From: Dehalococcoidia bacterium
Lineage (GTDB): Bacteria > Chloroflexota > Dehalococcoidia > Lucifugimonadales > UBA3495
NCBI GenBank assembly: GCA_034420475.1
Contig: DAOULH010000034.1
Location: 4,956 to 68,955 of the forward strand
Reading direction: 5' to 3'
DNA length: 64,000 nt
Below, in pieces: positions 1 through 9,674 of the stretch. Each line of letters opens with the position of its first letter. Within the stretch, counting starts at the first letter, position 1. Made by a program: the position numbers and the translations under genes. The notes beneath the pieces are model-generated. The model saw only the letters and a list, made by a program, of their open reading frames with translations, did not search any database and was not told the DNA's origin.

Positions 1-438
1 GGGAGCAATGTCCGCAGTGTCCTGGTTACGGATCAAATCCCTGACTTCGATCTGGGTGAGTTGCTTCTCGTATTCCAGTCCCAAATCCTCTGCGATGGAC
101 ATGGCCTGCTTGTCGGCAATGGTGGCAGCCCCGACGTCTTTAAGCCAGGTCAGATCATCCGCAAGACGATTAAATCTGCCATCCATCCGCTCCGTGAGTT
201 GGGCAACTTGATCCGTGAGCCGGGCCAGTTGTTCTTCAACCTGCTCAACCCGCTCCGTGAGCCGGGCCAGTTGCCCTTCGACCTGCTCTACCCGCTCGGT
301 CAGTTGGGTAAAGAGTTGTGGCAGTTCCAGCAACTCCCGCGTCAGGATGCGGGAGCGCACCGCTTCCAGCAGATGCGGATTTTCGTCCAGCGTCTGCATC
401 AAGCGTTCCACCGCTTGAATGTCGTCAATGGTAGCCAT
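1..438 (-). CDS. coiled-coil protein, N-terminal 146 aa only (runs off the window start)
   Basis: Reverse-strand ORF absent from the track because it has no stop in the window. ATG at 438-436 and frame open to base 1. Reads MATIDDIQAVERLMQTLDENPHLLEAV... with repeated QLARLTERVEQVE-like heptad segments. Confidence 0.55.
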   Translation of the reverse strand, partial: MATIDDIQAVERLMQTLDENPHLLEAVRSRILTRELLELPQLFTQLTERVEQVEGQLARLTERVEQVEEQLARLTDQVAQLTERMDGRFNRLADDLTWLKDVGAATIADKQAMSIAEDLGLEYEKQLTQIEVRDLIRNQDTADIAP

Positions 439-508
439 TGTTGAGCTCCCGGGTCTGGGATGCGAGATAGACGACTTAATCGCAGCAGGACGTCGCCGCC
501 AACACGCC

Positions 509-2014
509 CTACACGTCCTTCAACGCCAGCGCGTCCTCGCCGGCGCTGTTGCCGGCCAGGCGACCGAACACCATGCCCGCGCTGAGGCCACTGCCGCCGG
601 GGTAGTTGTGATAGAACAATCCGCCGACCATCTCGCCGGCCGCGTAGAGACCGGGGATGGGGTCCTGGGCGTTGGTCACCACCTGGCCCCGGTTGTTGAC
701 CTTGACGCCGCCGAAGGTGAAGGTGATGCCGGTGGTCACGGCCCAGCCACGGTAGGGAGGCGTGTCCAGCGTCTGCGCCCAGTTGGTCTTGTTGACCCCC
801 AGGCCCTCGGTGCAGCGGCCATCCTTGACCGTCGGGTTGTACTCGATGTCCTGGCGGACGGCGGCGTTGTACTCCTCGACCTCTCGAACCAGACCGGCGG
901 GGTCGATGTCCAGCATCCGAGCCAGCTCCTCGATGGAGTTGGCCTCGGCAGTGGTCGCCTGGGGAATCCAGTACTCGTCGCGCAGCAGATGCTTCACCTT
1001 CTCGTCGAAGATCTGGAAGCACAGGCCCTGGGGCTGCTCCATCAGCGCGCGCCCGTAGGTCACGTAGGTGTAGTTGCGGAAGTCTGCGCCCTCGTCCAGG
1101 AACCGCTGACCATTGATGTTGACCATCAGGCCGAAGGGGTAGGAGTGCTTCTGGAACAGTTCGGTGACCGTGCGGTCGCCGAAGGTGGGCGCGTTCATGT
1201 CCCAGGCCACCGCGTGGCACGACGACCAGTGCCCGTAGGACTGCGCCCCCACGTCCAGCGCCATCTTGATGCCGTCGCCGGTGTTGTAGGGGATGCCACG
1301 GACCTTCACCGTCTCCCAGCCCGGGCCCAGGTAGCGGCAGCGCATCTCGGCGTTGGCCTCGAAGCCGCCGGCCGCCAGTACCACGGCGCGGGCCGCGATG
1401 TCCTCGAACCCGTCCGGCCCCTTGACCCGCAGGCCGGCCACGTTGCCCTTCTGGTCCTGGATCAGCGACACGCCCTCGGTGGAGTACCGCACCTCGACGC
1501 CCAATCGCTGGCACACGTCGAACTGCTGGTCCGACAGGCCCTTGCCCGCGCCCACGGCTTCAACCACCAGACCGCCCCAGAACCGGAACTTGTCGCCGTC
1601 GCGGAACGCCTGGCGTCCGAAGGACAGCACGAAGCGCACCCCGTGTTCCTGCAGCCACTTCATGGTGGGGTAGGACTGGCTCACCAGGATCTCGGCCAGT
1701 TCCGGGTCCGACAAGCCGTGGGTGACCCGCATCATGTCGTCGTAGAACTGGTTCTCGGTGTACTGCCCCACCTCGATGGAGTTGGCCTCGGTCTCGGACA
1801 TGTCGGGGATCAGCCCTTTGATGTCGTCCAGTCCGTTGTAGGCGAAGCGGATGATGCCGCCGGTGAAGTAGGTGTTGCCGCCGCGAAAATACTCCGGGGC
1901 CTTCTCAACCACCAGGACCGATTGGGTCTGCTCGCGGGCAGCGATGGCGGCGGACAGCGCGGCGTTGCCGGCCCCCACCACGATTACGTCGTAAACAGTG
2001 TCATTAGCAGGCAA
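509..2014 (-). CDS. FAD-dependent dehydrogenase, tricarballylate dehydrogenase (TcuA)-like
   Basis: 501-aa ORF. N-terminal dinucleotide fold DVIVVGAGNAALSAAIAA, AAGGFEAN, and C-terminal GLYAAGEMVGG. Overall layout as I remember it for TcuA/fumarate-reductase-like flavoproteins. Confidence 0.75.
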   Translation of the reverse strand: MPANDTVYDVIVVGAGNAALSAAIAAREQTQSVLVVEKAPEYFRGGNTYFTGGIIRFAYNGLDDIKGLIPDMSETEANSIEVGQYTENQFYDDMMRVTHGLSDPELAEILVSQSYPTMKWLQEHGVRFVLSFGRQAFRDGDKFRFWGGLVVEAVGAGKGLSDQQFDVCQRLGVEVRYSTEGVSLIQDQKGNVAGLRVKGPDGFEDIAARAVVLAAGGFEANAEMRCRYLGPGWETVKVRGIPYNTGDGIKMALDVGAQSYGHWSSCHAVAWDMNAPTFGDRTVTELFQKHSYPFGLMVNINGQRFLDEGADFRNYTYVTYGRALMEQPQGLCFQIFDEKVKHLLRDEYWIPQATTAEANSIEELARMLDIDPAGLVREVEEYNAAVRQDIEYNPTVKDGRCTEGLGVNKTNWAQTLDTPPYRGWAVTTGITFTFGGVKVNNRGQVVTNAQDPIPGLYAAGEMVGGLFYHNYPGGSGLSAGMVFGRLAGNSAGEDALALKDV

Positions 2015-2226
2015 AACCGCACCTCAAAGGCCCGCCGGCTGCGTTCCGGCAGGCAAATTTCCGTACCCGATGATACCACAGCGCCTCTTTCCATCCGCGA
2101 GACGCTTGGTGCCGCGACCCCGGCTGATGTACCCTTGACGCGCATCGGCCTTCCCGGAAATCAGGCTTGCCCGAGTCCGCATCCAGCGGCCGGGAGCCAC
2201 GAGAGAATGACCCACCTGGTGATGAC

Positions 2227-3780
2227 ATGCAGTACGACGTGATAATCGTCGGCGGAGGCTCCGCCGGTTGCGCGCTGGCGGCCCGCCTGTCGGAAGACCC
2301 GACCCGGTCCGTTCTGCTGCTGGAGGCTGGCCCCGATTACGCCGACTTCGAGCAGTGGCCGGCGGAACTCCGCGACGGCGCCAGCCAGGAGGCTTCCACA
2401 CCGGGCGCGGAGTTCAACTGGTCCTACCAGGCCACGGCCACCGAGCGGCAGTCGGAACCGATCCAGATCGCCCGCGGGCGCGTCATGGGCGGGTCCGGCG
2501 CCGTCAACGGCCAGGTGTTCCTGCGCGGCCTGCCCGAGGACTACGACGGCTGGGCCACCCTGGGCAACGACCAGTGGGCCTATCGTCACGTCCTCCCCTT
2601 CTTCCGCCAGCTGGAATCCGATGCCGACGTGCAGGACGACTTCCATGGCAGCGACGGGCCGGTGCCCGTAGTGCGCGCCCCGCGCGACGCCTGGCATCCC
2701 TTTCAGCACGCCTTCGTGCGGGCATGCGCCGGTCTGGGCTATCCCGAGGACCCGGACATGAACCATCCGTCGTCCGTCGGGGTGGGAGCCGCGCCCATGA
2801 ACAACCCGGCCGGCATCCGCATGAGCTGCGCCCTCGCCTACCTGTCCGCGGCGCGCCATCGCCTCAACCTGACCATACGCGGAAACGTGGTGGCGCGGCG
2901 CGTGCTGTTCGACGGGCAAACGGCCGTCGGCGTCGAGGCCGCGAGCGGCGGACAGATATTCACGGTGCACGGCCGGGAGATAGTCGTCTGCGCCAGCGGG
3001 ATCGCGTCGCCGCAACTGCTGATGCTGTCCGGCGTCGGCCCGGCGGATCACCTGGCAGACCTGGGCATCGCGGTAGTGCGGGACCTCCCCGGCGTCGGCC
3101 AAAATCTCCGCGACCACCCGCTGGTGTACGTGGACACCGCGCTGCGCCCCGATTACGTCCCCGCCGAGTTCACCGGCTCCCGCATCCAGACCCTGCTGCG
3201 CTACACCACCGCCGGCTCCGACTCCCGAAACGACATGCACGTTTACGTGAACAACGTGGCGTCGGGACCGAGTCCTCTGGGCAGCGGGCCGGGCACGGAT
3301 CAACCCACCCTGCGCATGACCTGCATCCTGCAATCGGCAGAGAGCGCGGGCGAACTGCGCCTGGCGTCGGCCGACCCCCACGACAAGCCGCAGATCGACT
3401 ACCGCTACCTGCGCAGCGACTTTGACCGCCGGCGGTTGCGCGAAGCCGTCCGCCTCTGTCGGCATATCCTGGACCAAGACCCATTCGCCGTCATTGCCGT
3501 TGACCCGGTTTCGCCGACCACCGATGAAATCGCTTCGGACGCCGCCCTGGACGACTGGCTGCTGCGCAACGTGTTCACGACGTTCCACACCTCGGGCTCC
3601 TGTCGCATGGGGCCGGCTGACGATCCCATGGCCGTGGTTGACCAGTATTGCCGCGTCCGCGGCGTCCAAAACCTGCGCGTCGTTGACCTGTCTATCTGCC
3701 CCAACGTGGTGCGGGCCAACACCAACGCCACCGCGATTATGATCGCCGAACGCGCGGCCGGCTGGATCGGCGAACCATAG
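2227..3780 (+). CDS. GMC family oxidoreductase (choline dehydrogenase-like)
   Basis: MQYDVIIVGGGSAGCALAARLSE at an internal ATG (2227) of the 2167 ORF. GMC signatures (GGSGAVNGQVF, TSGSCRMG, ANTNATAIMIAERAA). Confidence 0.85.
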   Translation: MQYDVIIVGGGSAGCALAARLSEDPTRSVLLLEAGPDYADFEQWPAELRDGASQEASTPGAEFNWSYQATATERQSEPIQIARGRVMGGSGAVNGQVFLRGLPEDYDGWATLGNDQWAYRHVLPFFRQLESDADVQDDFHGSDGPVPVVRAPRDAWHPFQHAFVRACAGLGYPEDPDMNHPSSVGVGAAPMNNPAGIRMSCALAYLSAARHRLNLTIRGNVVARRVLFDGQTAVGVEAASGGQIFTVHGREIVVCASGIASPQLLMLSGVGPADHLADLGIAVVRDLPGVGQNLRDHPLVYVDTALRPDYVPAEFTGSRIQTLLRYTTAGSDSRNDMHVYVNNVASGPSPLGSGPGTDQPTLRMTCILQSAESAGELRLASADPHDKPQIDYRYLRSDFDRRRLREAVRLCRHILDQDPFAVIAVDPVSPTTDEIASDAALDDWLLRNVFTTFHTSGSCRMGPADDPMAVVDQYCRVRGVQNLRVVDLSICPNVVRANTNATAIMIAERAAGWIGEP

Positions 3781-3788
3781 CCAAGCCT

Positions 3789-3817
3789 GTCATTGCGAGC
3801 GCAGGGCGGCAATCTCG
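3789..3817. repeat. half copy of the GTCATTGCGAGCG...GCAATCTCG repeat
   Basis: gtcattgcgagcgcagggcggcaatctcg in the GMC/aminotransferase spacer. Near-identical to the left arm of the element at 8117-8224. Confidence 0.6.
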
Positions 3818-3883
3818 TCGCAACAGCGCGACGACGCCCGCTATAATGCCTCCGCCCTGATTTGCAGCCCACGGAGTTCCGCC

Positions 3884-5068
3884 ATGCCTATTTCTGAATA
3901 CGTCAGCCGTTCCATGGAAGAGGGCGGCTGGATCCGCCGCATGTTCGAAGTGGGCATCGCCCTGAAAGCCCAGTACGGCGAGGACAATGTTTTCGATCTG
4001 TCCCTGGGCAACCCGATCATGGAGCCGCCGGCCGAGTTTCACGCCGAGCTCCTGCGCATCGCCCAATCGCCCGCGCCGGGGATGCACCGCTACATGCCCA
4101 ACGCCGGCTATCCGGAGACCCGAAAGGCGGTCGCCGACACCCTGGCCGCCGAGACCGGCCTGCCCTTCAGCGTCGCCGACATCGTCATGACCTGCGGCGC
4201 GGCCGGCGCCGCCAACGTGGTGCTCCGCGCCATACTGAACCCCGGCGACGAGGTCATCATACTCTCGCCCTTCTTCGGCGAGTACGTTTACTACATCCAG
4301 AACCACAACGGCGTCCCCATCATCGTGCCCACGACGGCTGAGTTCGGCCTGGACGTTGCGGCCATTGACGCCGCCATCACCCCGCGAACCCGCGCCGTGA
4401 TGCTCAACTCCCCCAACAACCCGTCCGGCGTGGTCTATCCCTCGACAGACATCGCCGCGCTGGCGGATGCAATCTCCCAGGCCGAGAACCGCTACGGCTC
4501 AGAGATCTTCATCATCAGCGACGAGCCTTACCGCCGCATCATCTACGATGATTTGACCTACCCGCAGGTCTTCCCTCATTACGAGCGGACCATCGTGGTC
4601 AACTCCCACGCCAAGGACCTGGGTCTGCCCGGCGAGCGCATCGGCCACATCGCCATCCATCCCGATTACGCCGGGAAGGCGGAGCTGTTCGACGGCCTGG
4701 TCTTCTGCAACCGGGTGCTGGGGTTCGTCAACGCGCCGGCGCTGATGCAGCACGTGGTTCGCGCCGTGCAGGACGCCTCGGTGGACGTGGGCGAGTACCA
4801 GCGCAAGCGGGACTTTCTCTACGACCGGCTGACTGGGATGGGCTACTCGGTGGTCAAGCCCCAGGGCGCGTTCTACCTGTTCCCCTGTTCGCCCCTGGCC
4901 GATGACGAGGCGTTTGTCGCGGCCCTGCAGGAATACAACGTGCTGGTGGTTCCCGGCAAAGGGTTCGGCACACCGGGGCACTTCCGCATCTCCTATTGCC
5001 TGGAAGACCGGGTGCTGGAGGGAGCGATGGACGGTTTCGCGCGGGCGGCGGAGCAGTACCTGCGTTAG
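3884..5068 (+). CDS. pyridoxal-phosphate-dependent aminotransferase (class I/II, aspartate aminotransferase-like)
   Basis: 394-aa ORF. Fold-type I pattern including NSHAKDLGLPGERIG (PLP lysine region) and NSPNNPSG. Confidence 0.85.
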   Translation: MPISEYVSRSMEEGGWIRRMFEVGIALKAQYGEDNVFDLSLGNPIMEPPAEFHAELLRIAQSPAPGMHRYMPNAGYPETRKAVADTLAAETGLPFSVADIVMTCGAAGAANVVLRAILNPGDEVIILSPFFGEYVYYIQNHNGVPIIVPTTAEFGLDVAAIDAAITPRTRAVMLNSPNNPSGVVYPSTDIAALADAISQAENRYGSEIFIISDEPYRRIIYDDLTYPQVFPHYERTIVVNSHAKDLGLPGERIGHIAIHPDYAGKAELFDGLVFCNRVLGFVNAPALMQHVVRAVQDASVDVGEYQRKRDFLYDRLTGMGYSVVKPQGAFYLFPCSPLADDEAFVAALQEYNVLVVPGKGFGTPGHFRISYCLEDRVLEGAMDGFARAAEQYLR

Positions 5069-5670
5069 CCATCCGGCAAAGCAGCGCCCCGAATGCGGGC
5101 GAAAATCGGGCCCAGATCGATAGCGACACCGGGCATGGCGTCGGAGGTAAGAATATCATTGGGGCCGTACACTCTGGCCAATGCCATAGATCGCCCGTCG
5201 CCTACGTACTTGGCTACTGATTCGGCATTGAGGTCAACCGCCAGCATTTCGCGGACGCCATTGCGAGCGTATACGGGCAGTTTCACCTCCAAATCGCGGC
5301 TCCGCGTGGATGCGGACAGCACTTCAACCACCACGTCGGGCGCGCCGTTAATACCGTGATTAACGTCGTCAAAAATGTGACGGCGCTCGTTGGAGACGAA
5401 CAGCACATCAGGTTGAAATGTGTTGTGCTCGTCAATGGCTACGTCGTAAGGCGCGACGCGGGTTTCGCCGATGTCCAGCGCATCCGTTTGTAATGTGAGC
5501 TGAATATAAAATCGTCCAGTGAACACCTGATGCGGGTCATCGGGCCCGGCCATTTTGACGATTACTCCCTCGATCAACTGATAGCGCACGCCACGATGCG
5601 ACGGTGGCGTCAGCTTCATGTAGTCTGCCCCGGTCAACTTGACCCGCAGTTTCGCTTTGGTCTGCGTCAT
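5065..5670 (-). CDS. Uma2 (DUF820) family endonuclease, tandem copy 1
   Basis: MTQTKAKLRVKLTGADYMKLTPPSHRGVRYQLIEG...PDV..V.....APD.VVEVLS.S pattern typical of Uma2. Paralog of the next two genes. Confidence 0.8.
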   Translation of the reverse strand: MTQTKAKLRVKLTGADYMKLTPPSHRGVRYQLIEGVIVKMAGPDDPHQVFTGRFYIQLTLQTDALDIGETRVAPYDVAIDEHNTFQPDVLFVSNERRHIFDDVNHGINGAPDVVVEVLSASTRSRDLEVKLPVYARNGVREMLAVDLNAESVAKYVGDGRSMALARVYGPNDILTSDAMPGVAIDLGPIFARIRGAALPDG

Positions 5671-5703
5671 GGTGTGCCCTCCCGGCGATGCAAACGGCTC
5701 TGA

Positions 5704-6291
5704 TTATATTGCGCTCCTTAGTCGGCCGAATATCGTAGCCAGATCGATGGCGACGCCGGGCATCACGTCAGAGGTCAAAGTATCTTCCGGGCCGTACACC
5801 TGGGCCAGGGTGAGCGTTTCGCCATAGCCAATGTATTTGGACACCGTTTCAGCGGGCAGGTCCGCCATCCAGGCTTCCCGGACGCCGTTCCGGCCGTACA
5901 CTGGAAGTTTGACGTTGAAGTCCCGCTGGCGAGTGGATTCGGACAGCACTTCTACCACCAAATCCGGCGCCCCAGTTACGCCACGATTGGTAATGACGTG
6001 TCTCCGGTCAACTGACACGAACAGCAAATCGGGCTGAAAGGTATTGTGCTCGTCAATGTACACGTCAAACGGCGCAATGCGGGTTTCTCCGAGACCGAGC
6101 CCCCTCGTTTGTGTCCGCACTTCGATGTACAGCTCTCCGATAAACACCTGATGCGGGTCGTTGGGGCCGGCCATCTTAATCAGTTCCCCTTCAATCAACT
6201 GATAACGGACGCCGCGATGCGACGGTGGCGTCAGCTTCAGGTAGTCTGCCCCGGTCAACTTGACCCGCAGTTTCGCTTTGGTCTGCGTCAT
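5704..6291 (-). CDS. Uma2 (DUF820) family endonuclease, tandem copy 2
   Basis: 195 aa. First ~35 codons nearly identical at DNA level to copies 1 and 3. GGGAGGG RBS in the conserved 33-nt spacer. Confidence 0.8.
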   Translation of the reverse strand: MTQTKAKLRVKLTGADYLKLTPPSHRGVRYQLIEGELIKMAGPNDPHQVFIGELYIEVRTQTRGLGLGETRIAPFDVYIDEHNTFQPDLLFVSVDRRHVITNRGVTGAPDLVVEVLSESTRQRDFNVKLPVYGRNGVREAWMADLPAETVSKYIGYGETLTLAQVYGPEDTLTSDVMPGVAIDLATIFGRLRSAI

Positions 6292-6324
6292 GGTGTGCCC
6301 TCCCGGCGATGCAAACGACTCTGA

Positions 6325-6912
6325 TTATATTGCGCTCCTTAGTCGGCCGAATATCGTAGCCAGATCGATGGCGACACCGGGCAAGGCGTCGGAGGTCAAA
6401 ATATCATCGGGGCCATACACCTGGGCCAGGGTGAGCGTTTCGCCATCCCCGACATATTTTGAAACGGTTCCGTTGCGTAAGTCCGCTACCCACATCTCGC
6501 GGACGCCGTTGCGGGCATACACGGGCAACTTCACGTTCAGGTCTCGTTGCCTCGTGGATTCGGACAGCACTTCCACCACCACGTCCGGCGCTCCGTTCAC
6601 TCCGCGCTCGCTCAAAATATGCTGCCGCTCGGCGGACACGAACAGCAGGTCAGGCTGAAACGTGTTGTGCTCGTCAATGTAAACATCGAAGGACGGGAGC
6701 CTGATCTCAAAGGTCCCCGGTGAGCCAATCTGTAACCTGGCGGCAAAGTACAACTCTCCGATAAACACCTGATGCGGGTCATTGGGCCCGGCCATCTTAA
6801 TCAGTTCCCCTTCAATCAACTGATAGCGCACGCCACGATGCGACGGTGGCGTCAGCTTCATGTAGTCTGCCCCGATCAACTTGACCCGCAGTTTCGCTTT
6901 GGTCTGCGTCAT
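6325..6912 (-). CDS. Uma2 (DUF820) family endonuclease, tandem copy 3
   Basis: 195 aa. Same conserved ends as copy 2 (C-terminus ATIFGRLRSAI identical). Period of 621 bp between copies 2 and 3. Confidence 0.8.
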   Translation of the reverse strand: MTQTKAKLRVKLIGADYMKLTPPSHRGVRYQLIEGELIKMAGPNDPHQVFIGELYFAARLQIGSPGTFEIRLPSFDVYIDEHNTFQPDLLFVSAERQHILSERGVNGAPDVVVEVLSESTRQRDLNVKLPVYARNGVREMWVADLRNGTVSKYVGDGETLTLAQVYGPDDILTSDALPGVAIDLATIFGRLRSAI

Positions 6913-6939
6913 GGTGTGCCCCCTAATCCCATTGCTTCC

Positions 6940-8073
6940 CTACGGCCAGCCGCCGTTGGCTTGCCGCGAGGGCAGGCGCACCGTGGCGTTGCCCCGGGTG
7001 GTGACCTGCTGGCGCTGGTTCTCACCCCAGATGTCCATGTCCACCAGGTACTCGCCGTCTTCTACCCGCTTGCCGGTGACCTTGCCCTTGCACCACGTGG
7101 TATCGCCCACCACGTTGAACCGCCGCAGTTCCACGTGCATCCGCTTCAAGAACCCGTCGTCGCCCATCCAGTTGGTCAGCAGGTTGCCCATCCAGCAGCA
7201 GCGTTGGCATCCGTAATCGTAGGCCCCGGGCAGGCCGGCCGACTCCGCCGCCTCCTGGATGTCGTGGACGCGGATGATGGCCTCCTGCGCCCCCGTGTTG
7301 GGGTCGGTGAACCCCCACGAAGGATGGCGCAGCATCTCGCGCAGTTGTATGCCGTGGCTGATGCCGCCGATGCAGCCGGCGACGAAAGCGGTGATGTCGC
7401 CGTGGCTGAGCGGCCCTTTCACCACCGGCGTGAGCTCGTCGCCGATCTGCACGTCCTCGAACCAGCGGGGGTTGTTGCCCCGGATCTCCTCGTTGAGCAC
7501 CGCGTTGTGGATTGCCTCGAGTTCCTCCCGGGAATACTGGTAGGGCTCGAAGCTGTACTTCTGCCGCTCGCGGGCCGCGCTTCTCTCCGCGCGCACCTGC
7601 CAGCCCTTGGTCTTGGCGATGATCTCGCCGCGCTGGTTGTAGTAGTCGGTGACGCTGGACTGGATCACAATGCGCCCGGCGAACTCGCTTTCCTTTTCCT
7701 CCAGGCCGGTGAACTGCTCCTGGACGCTGATCTCGTCGCCCAGGTAGATGGGCCGGTACCACTCCCAGTCGTTGCCGGCGTGGAACCCGTGCACGCCGGG
7801 CAGGCCGCCCGTCCGGCCCGAGCACCAGTACACGCTGTACAGGAAGCAGGGCGGCGCGATGATGGTTCCGTACTTGCTGGTCTGGGCGTAGGAGCGGTCC
7901 CAGTACAGGGGGTTGGTATCCCCGATCCCCTGGCAGAAATGCCGGATGGCGCTGCGGGATGCGTCCTCGTTGAACAGCCCGACGCCGTACTGCCGCGGCC
8001 GGTTGAACGTGCCCAGCCGGCTCCGCAGCCGATCCATTCCTTCTTCCGTGATCCGTCCCGATTCCAGAACCAT
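6940..8073 (-). CDS. double hotdog-fold acyl dehydratase (MaoC-like, N- and C-terminal dehydratase halves)
   Basis: 377-aa ORF. N-terminal half (IRHFCQGIGDTNPLYWD) and C-terminal half (HGDITAFVAGCIGG...) resemble MaoC_dehydrat_N plus MaoC dehydratase. Confidence 0.7.
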   Translation of the reverse strand: MVLESGRITEEGMDRLRSRLGTFNRPRQYGVGLFNEDASRSAIRHFCQGIGDTNPLYWDRSYAQTSKYGTIIAPPCFLYSVYWCSGRTGGLPGVHGFHAGNDWEWYRPIYLGDEISVQEQFTGLEEKESEFAGRIVIQSSVTDYYNQRGEIIAKTKGWQVRAERSAARERQKYSFEPYQYSREELEAIHNAVLNEEIRGNNPRWFEDVQIGDELTPVVKGPLSHGDITAFVAGCIGGISHGIQLREMLRHPSWGFTDPNTGAQEAIIRVHDIQEAAESAGLPGAYDYGCQRCCWMGNLLTNWMGDDGFLKRMHVELRRFNVVGDTTWCKGKVTGKRVEDGEYLVDMDIWGENQRQQVTTRGNATVRLPSRQANGGWP

Positions 8074-8116
8074 GCGGGGTGTCCTCCAAGTGTTGTTTCA
8101 GAGTTGCGGGGAAAGT

Positions 8117-8224
8117 GTCATTGCGAGCGAAGCGCGACAATCTCGTTGGCGCTGGGGAGACCCTCAAGGCAGACGTCGCAGCAGCGGCGGCGAGATTGCC
8201 ACGGCGCAAGCGCCTCGCAATGAC
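8117..8224. repeat. 108-bp imperfect palindromic intergenic element (REP/MITE-like)
   Basis: Left arm gtcattgcgagcgaagcgcgacaatctcg (8117-8145). Right arm cgagattgcc...cctcgcaatgac (8191-8224) is its imperfect reverse complement. Lies between the MaoC-like gene and sat. Confidence 0.7.
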
Positions 8225-8290
8225 AACCGCCTGAACTCTGAACAGTTACGTCCTTCAAGTGTGCTTGCCTAAGGGAGTTTTGTCGGTGAC

Positions 8291-9535
8291 CTACCGGACT
8301 TTCGGCACCGTGAGCACCGGCGTCCGCTCGGACAGGTACTGCTCCGTGACGAATGGCGATCCGAACCCGTATTGCTCGGCGCACTGGCGCACCACCTCCA
8401 GCGTCTCCGCACGCAGCGTTTGCGGCGCCGGCTCGGTGCCGCCGGAGATGATGCTGCGGATGAGCCGGCCGGCCAGGTCCTGCTTGGTGTCCGGGTGCCC
8501 GCAGATACCCTCGTAGGCCACGCCGCCGCAGGCGGGGCAATACCACCATTCCAGGGTGAGCACCGAGCGGATTCCCAGGTCGGGCAGTTCGTCAAAGATC
8601 TCGTGAGCAGCGTACCGGCCGTAGTAGTCGCCCACGCCGGCGTGGTCCCGGCCGAACATGTGGTGCGTGCAGCCCAGGTTCTTGCGCACCAGCGCGTGGA
8701 ACACCGCCTCTCTCGGCCCGGCGTAGCGCATATCCCACAGCAGCGCGGTGGTGCGGTGAATGTCCTCCCGAAAGAAGCCGTGAGTTCGCAGGTTCTCGTG
8801 GGCCAGCACGATGGCCTCGTCGATGTAGTCGCCCTCTTTCTTTTCGCCGATTACCGCACTCACCAGCACGCCGTCGGCCTGGGCCTCCATGAAGGCGCCT
8901 TTCATCAGGTACTCGTGGCCGGAGTGGGGAACGTTGCGGGTCTGGTGGGCCACGGCGCGCCGCCATCCCACTTCTGCCAAATCCGCACGCAGTTGCGCCG
9001 GCGTCCTCCAGAATCGGTCGAACGGCGGATTGATCACCGGCTCGCACACCAGCGTAATGTCGCCCGCTACGAAACGGTCGGCGTACCCCAGAGTGCGCTG
9101 CACGCCGGGGTGCTCCGGGTCGGTGGTGGTGTACACCCGTCGCGCCATTTCGGTCAGGTCGACCGCGAATATCTCCGACACGTCGAGCGTGGCCAGCGGA
9201 TTGCCGCCGTGGGTCAGCAGGACTGTATCGCCCACGGACACGCCGGTGTCTTCCAGCTCAGCCTGACCGACGTCCAGCACGATGGGAATGGGCCAGACGT
9301 ACCCACTGGTCAGCCGCATGGTGTCGGACACCGACGCCACGTCGGCGCTCCCCATGAATCCGGTCAACGGCGAAAAGAAACCATACGCGAGGTTCACGCA
9401 TTCGTGAACGATCTGCTCCCGCACTTCGATGGTCGGCAGGCCGGATACGGACGCGATTCCGTCCAGCGGTTTGACCCGTTCCACGAGGGCGCCGCCATGC
9501 GGGGATAGGCTGTTGTCAACGTTCATAGTCATCAC
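8291..9535 (-). CDS. sat: sulfate adenylyltransferase (ATP sulfurylase)
   Basis: 414-aa ORF with the HQTRNVPHSGHEYL motif (QTRNP-HR-H type) and the GRDHAGVG motif. Confidence 0.85.
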   Translation of the reverse strand: MMTMNVDNSLSPHGGALVERVKPLDGIASVSGLPTIEVREQIVHECVNLAYGFFSPLTGFMGSADVASVSDTMRLTSGYVWPIPIVLDVGQAELEDTGVSVGDTVLLTHGGNPLATLDVSEIFAVDLTEMARRVYTTTDPEHPGVQRTLGYADRFVAGDITLVCEPVINPPFDRFWRTPAQLRADLAEVGWRRAVAHQTRNVPHSGHEYLMKGAFMEAQADGVLVSAVIGEKKEGDYIDEAIVLAHENLRTHGFFREDIHRTTALLWDMRYAGPREAVFHALVRKNLGCTHHMFGRDHAGVGDYYGRYAAHEIFDELPDLGIRSVLTLEWWYCPACGGVAYEGICGHPDTKQDLAGRLIRSIISGGTEPAPQTLRAETLEVVRQCAEQYGFGSPFVTEQYLSERTPVLTVPKVR

Positions 9536-9646
9536 GCGGGCAATTCTATCATCGCCCTTGTCATAGCGGCTCTAGCCGACGCCGTGGACCCGGCTGCGGG
9601 ATTAGGGTTGTCGGCACCCGAAAAACTCGATGAACGATGCGCAAAT

Positions 9647-9674
9647 GCCTGGGGCGCCGCTTGGGCGCCCCAGG
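9647..9674 (-). terminator. GC-rich hairpin 3' of the crotonase gene
   Basis: gcctggggcgcc-gctt-ggcgccccaggc, a 12-bp perfect stem directly after the minus-strand stop at 9675. Only a weak T tract follows. Confidence 0.45.

Noticed and set aside
399-2242. Long ORFs (371 aa on the minus strand, 607 aa on the plus strand) overlapping the tcuA-like gene
   Set aside because: The translations are low-complexity and rich in Arg, Gly, Pro and Ala, with no motifs. This is typical of off-frame or antisense ORFs in high-GC DNA. The 509-2014 frame has clear flavoprotein motifs.
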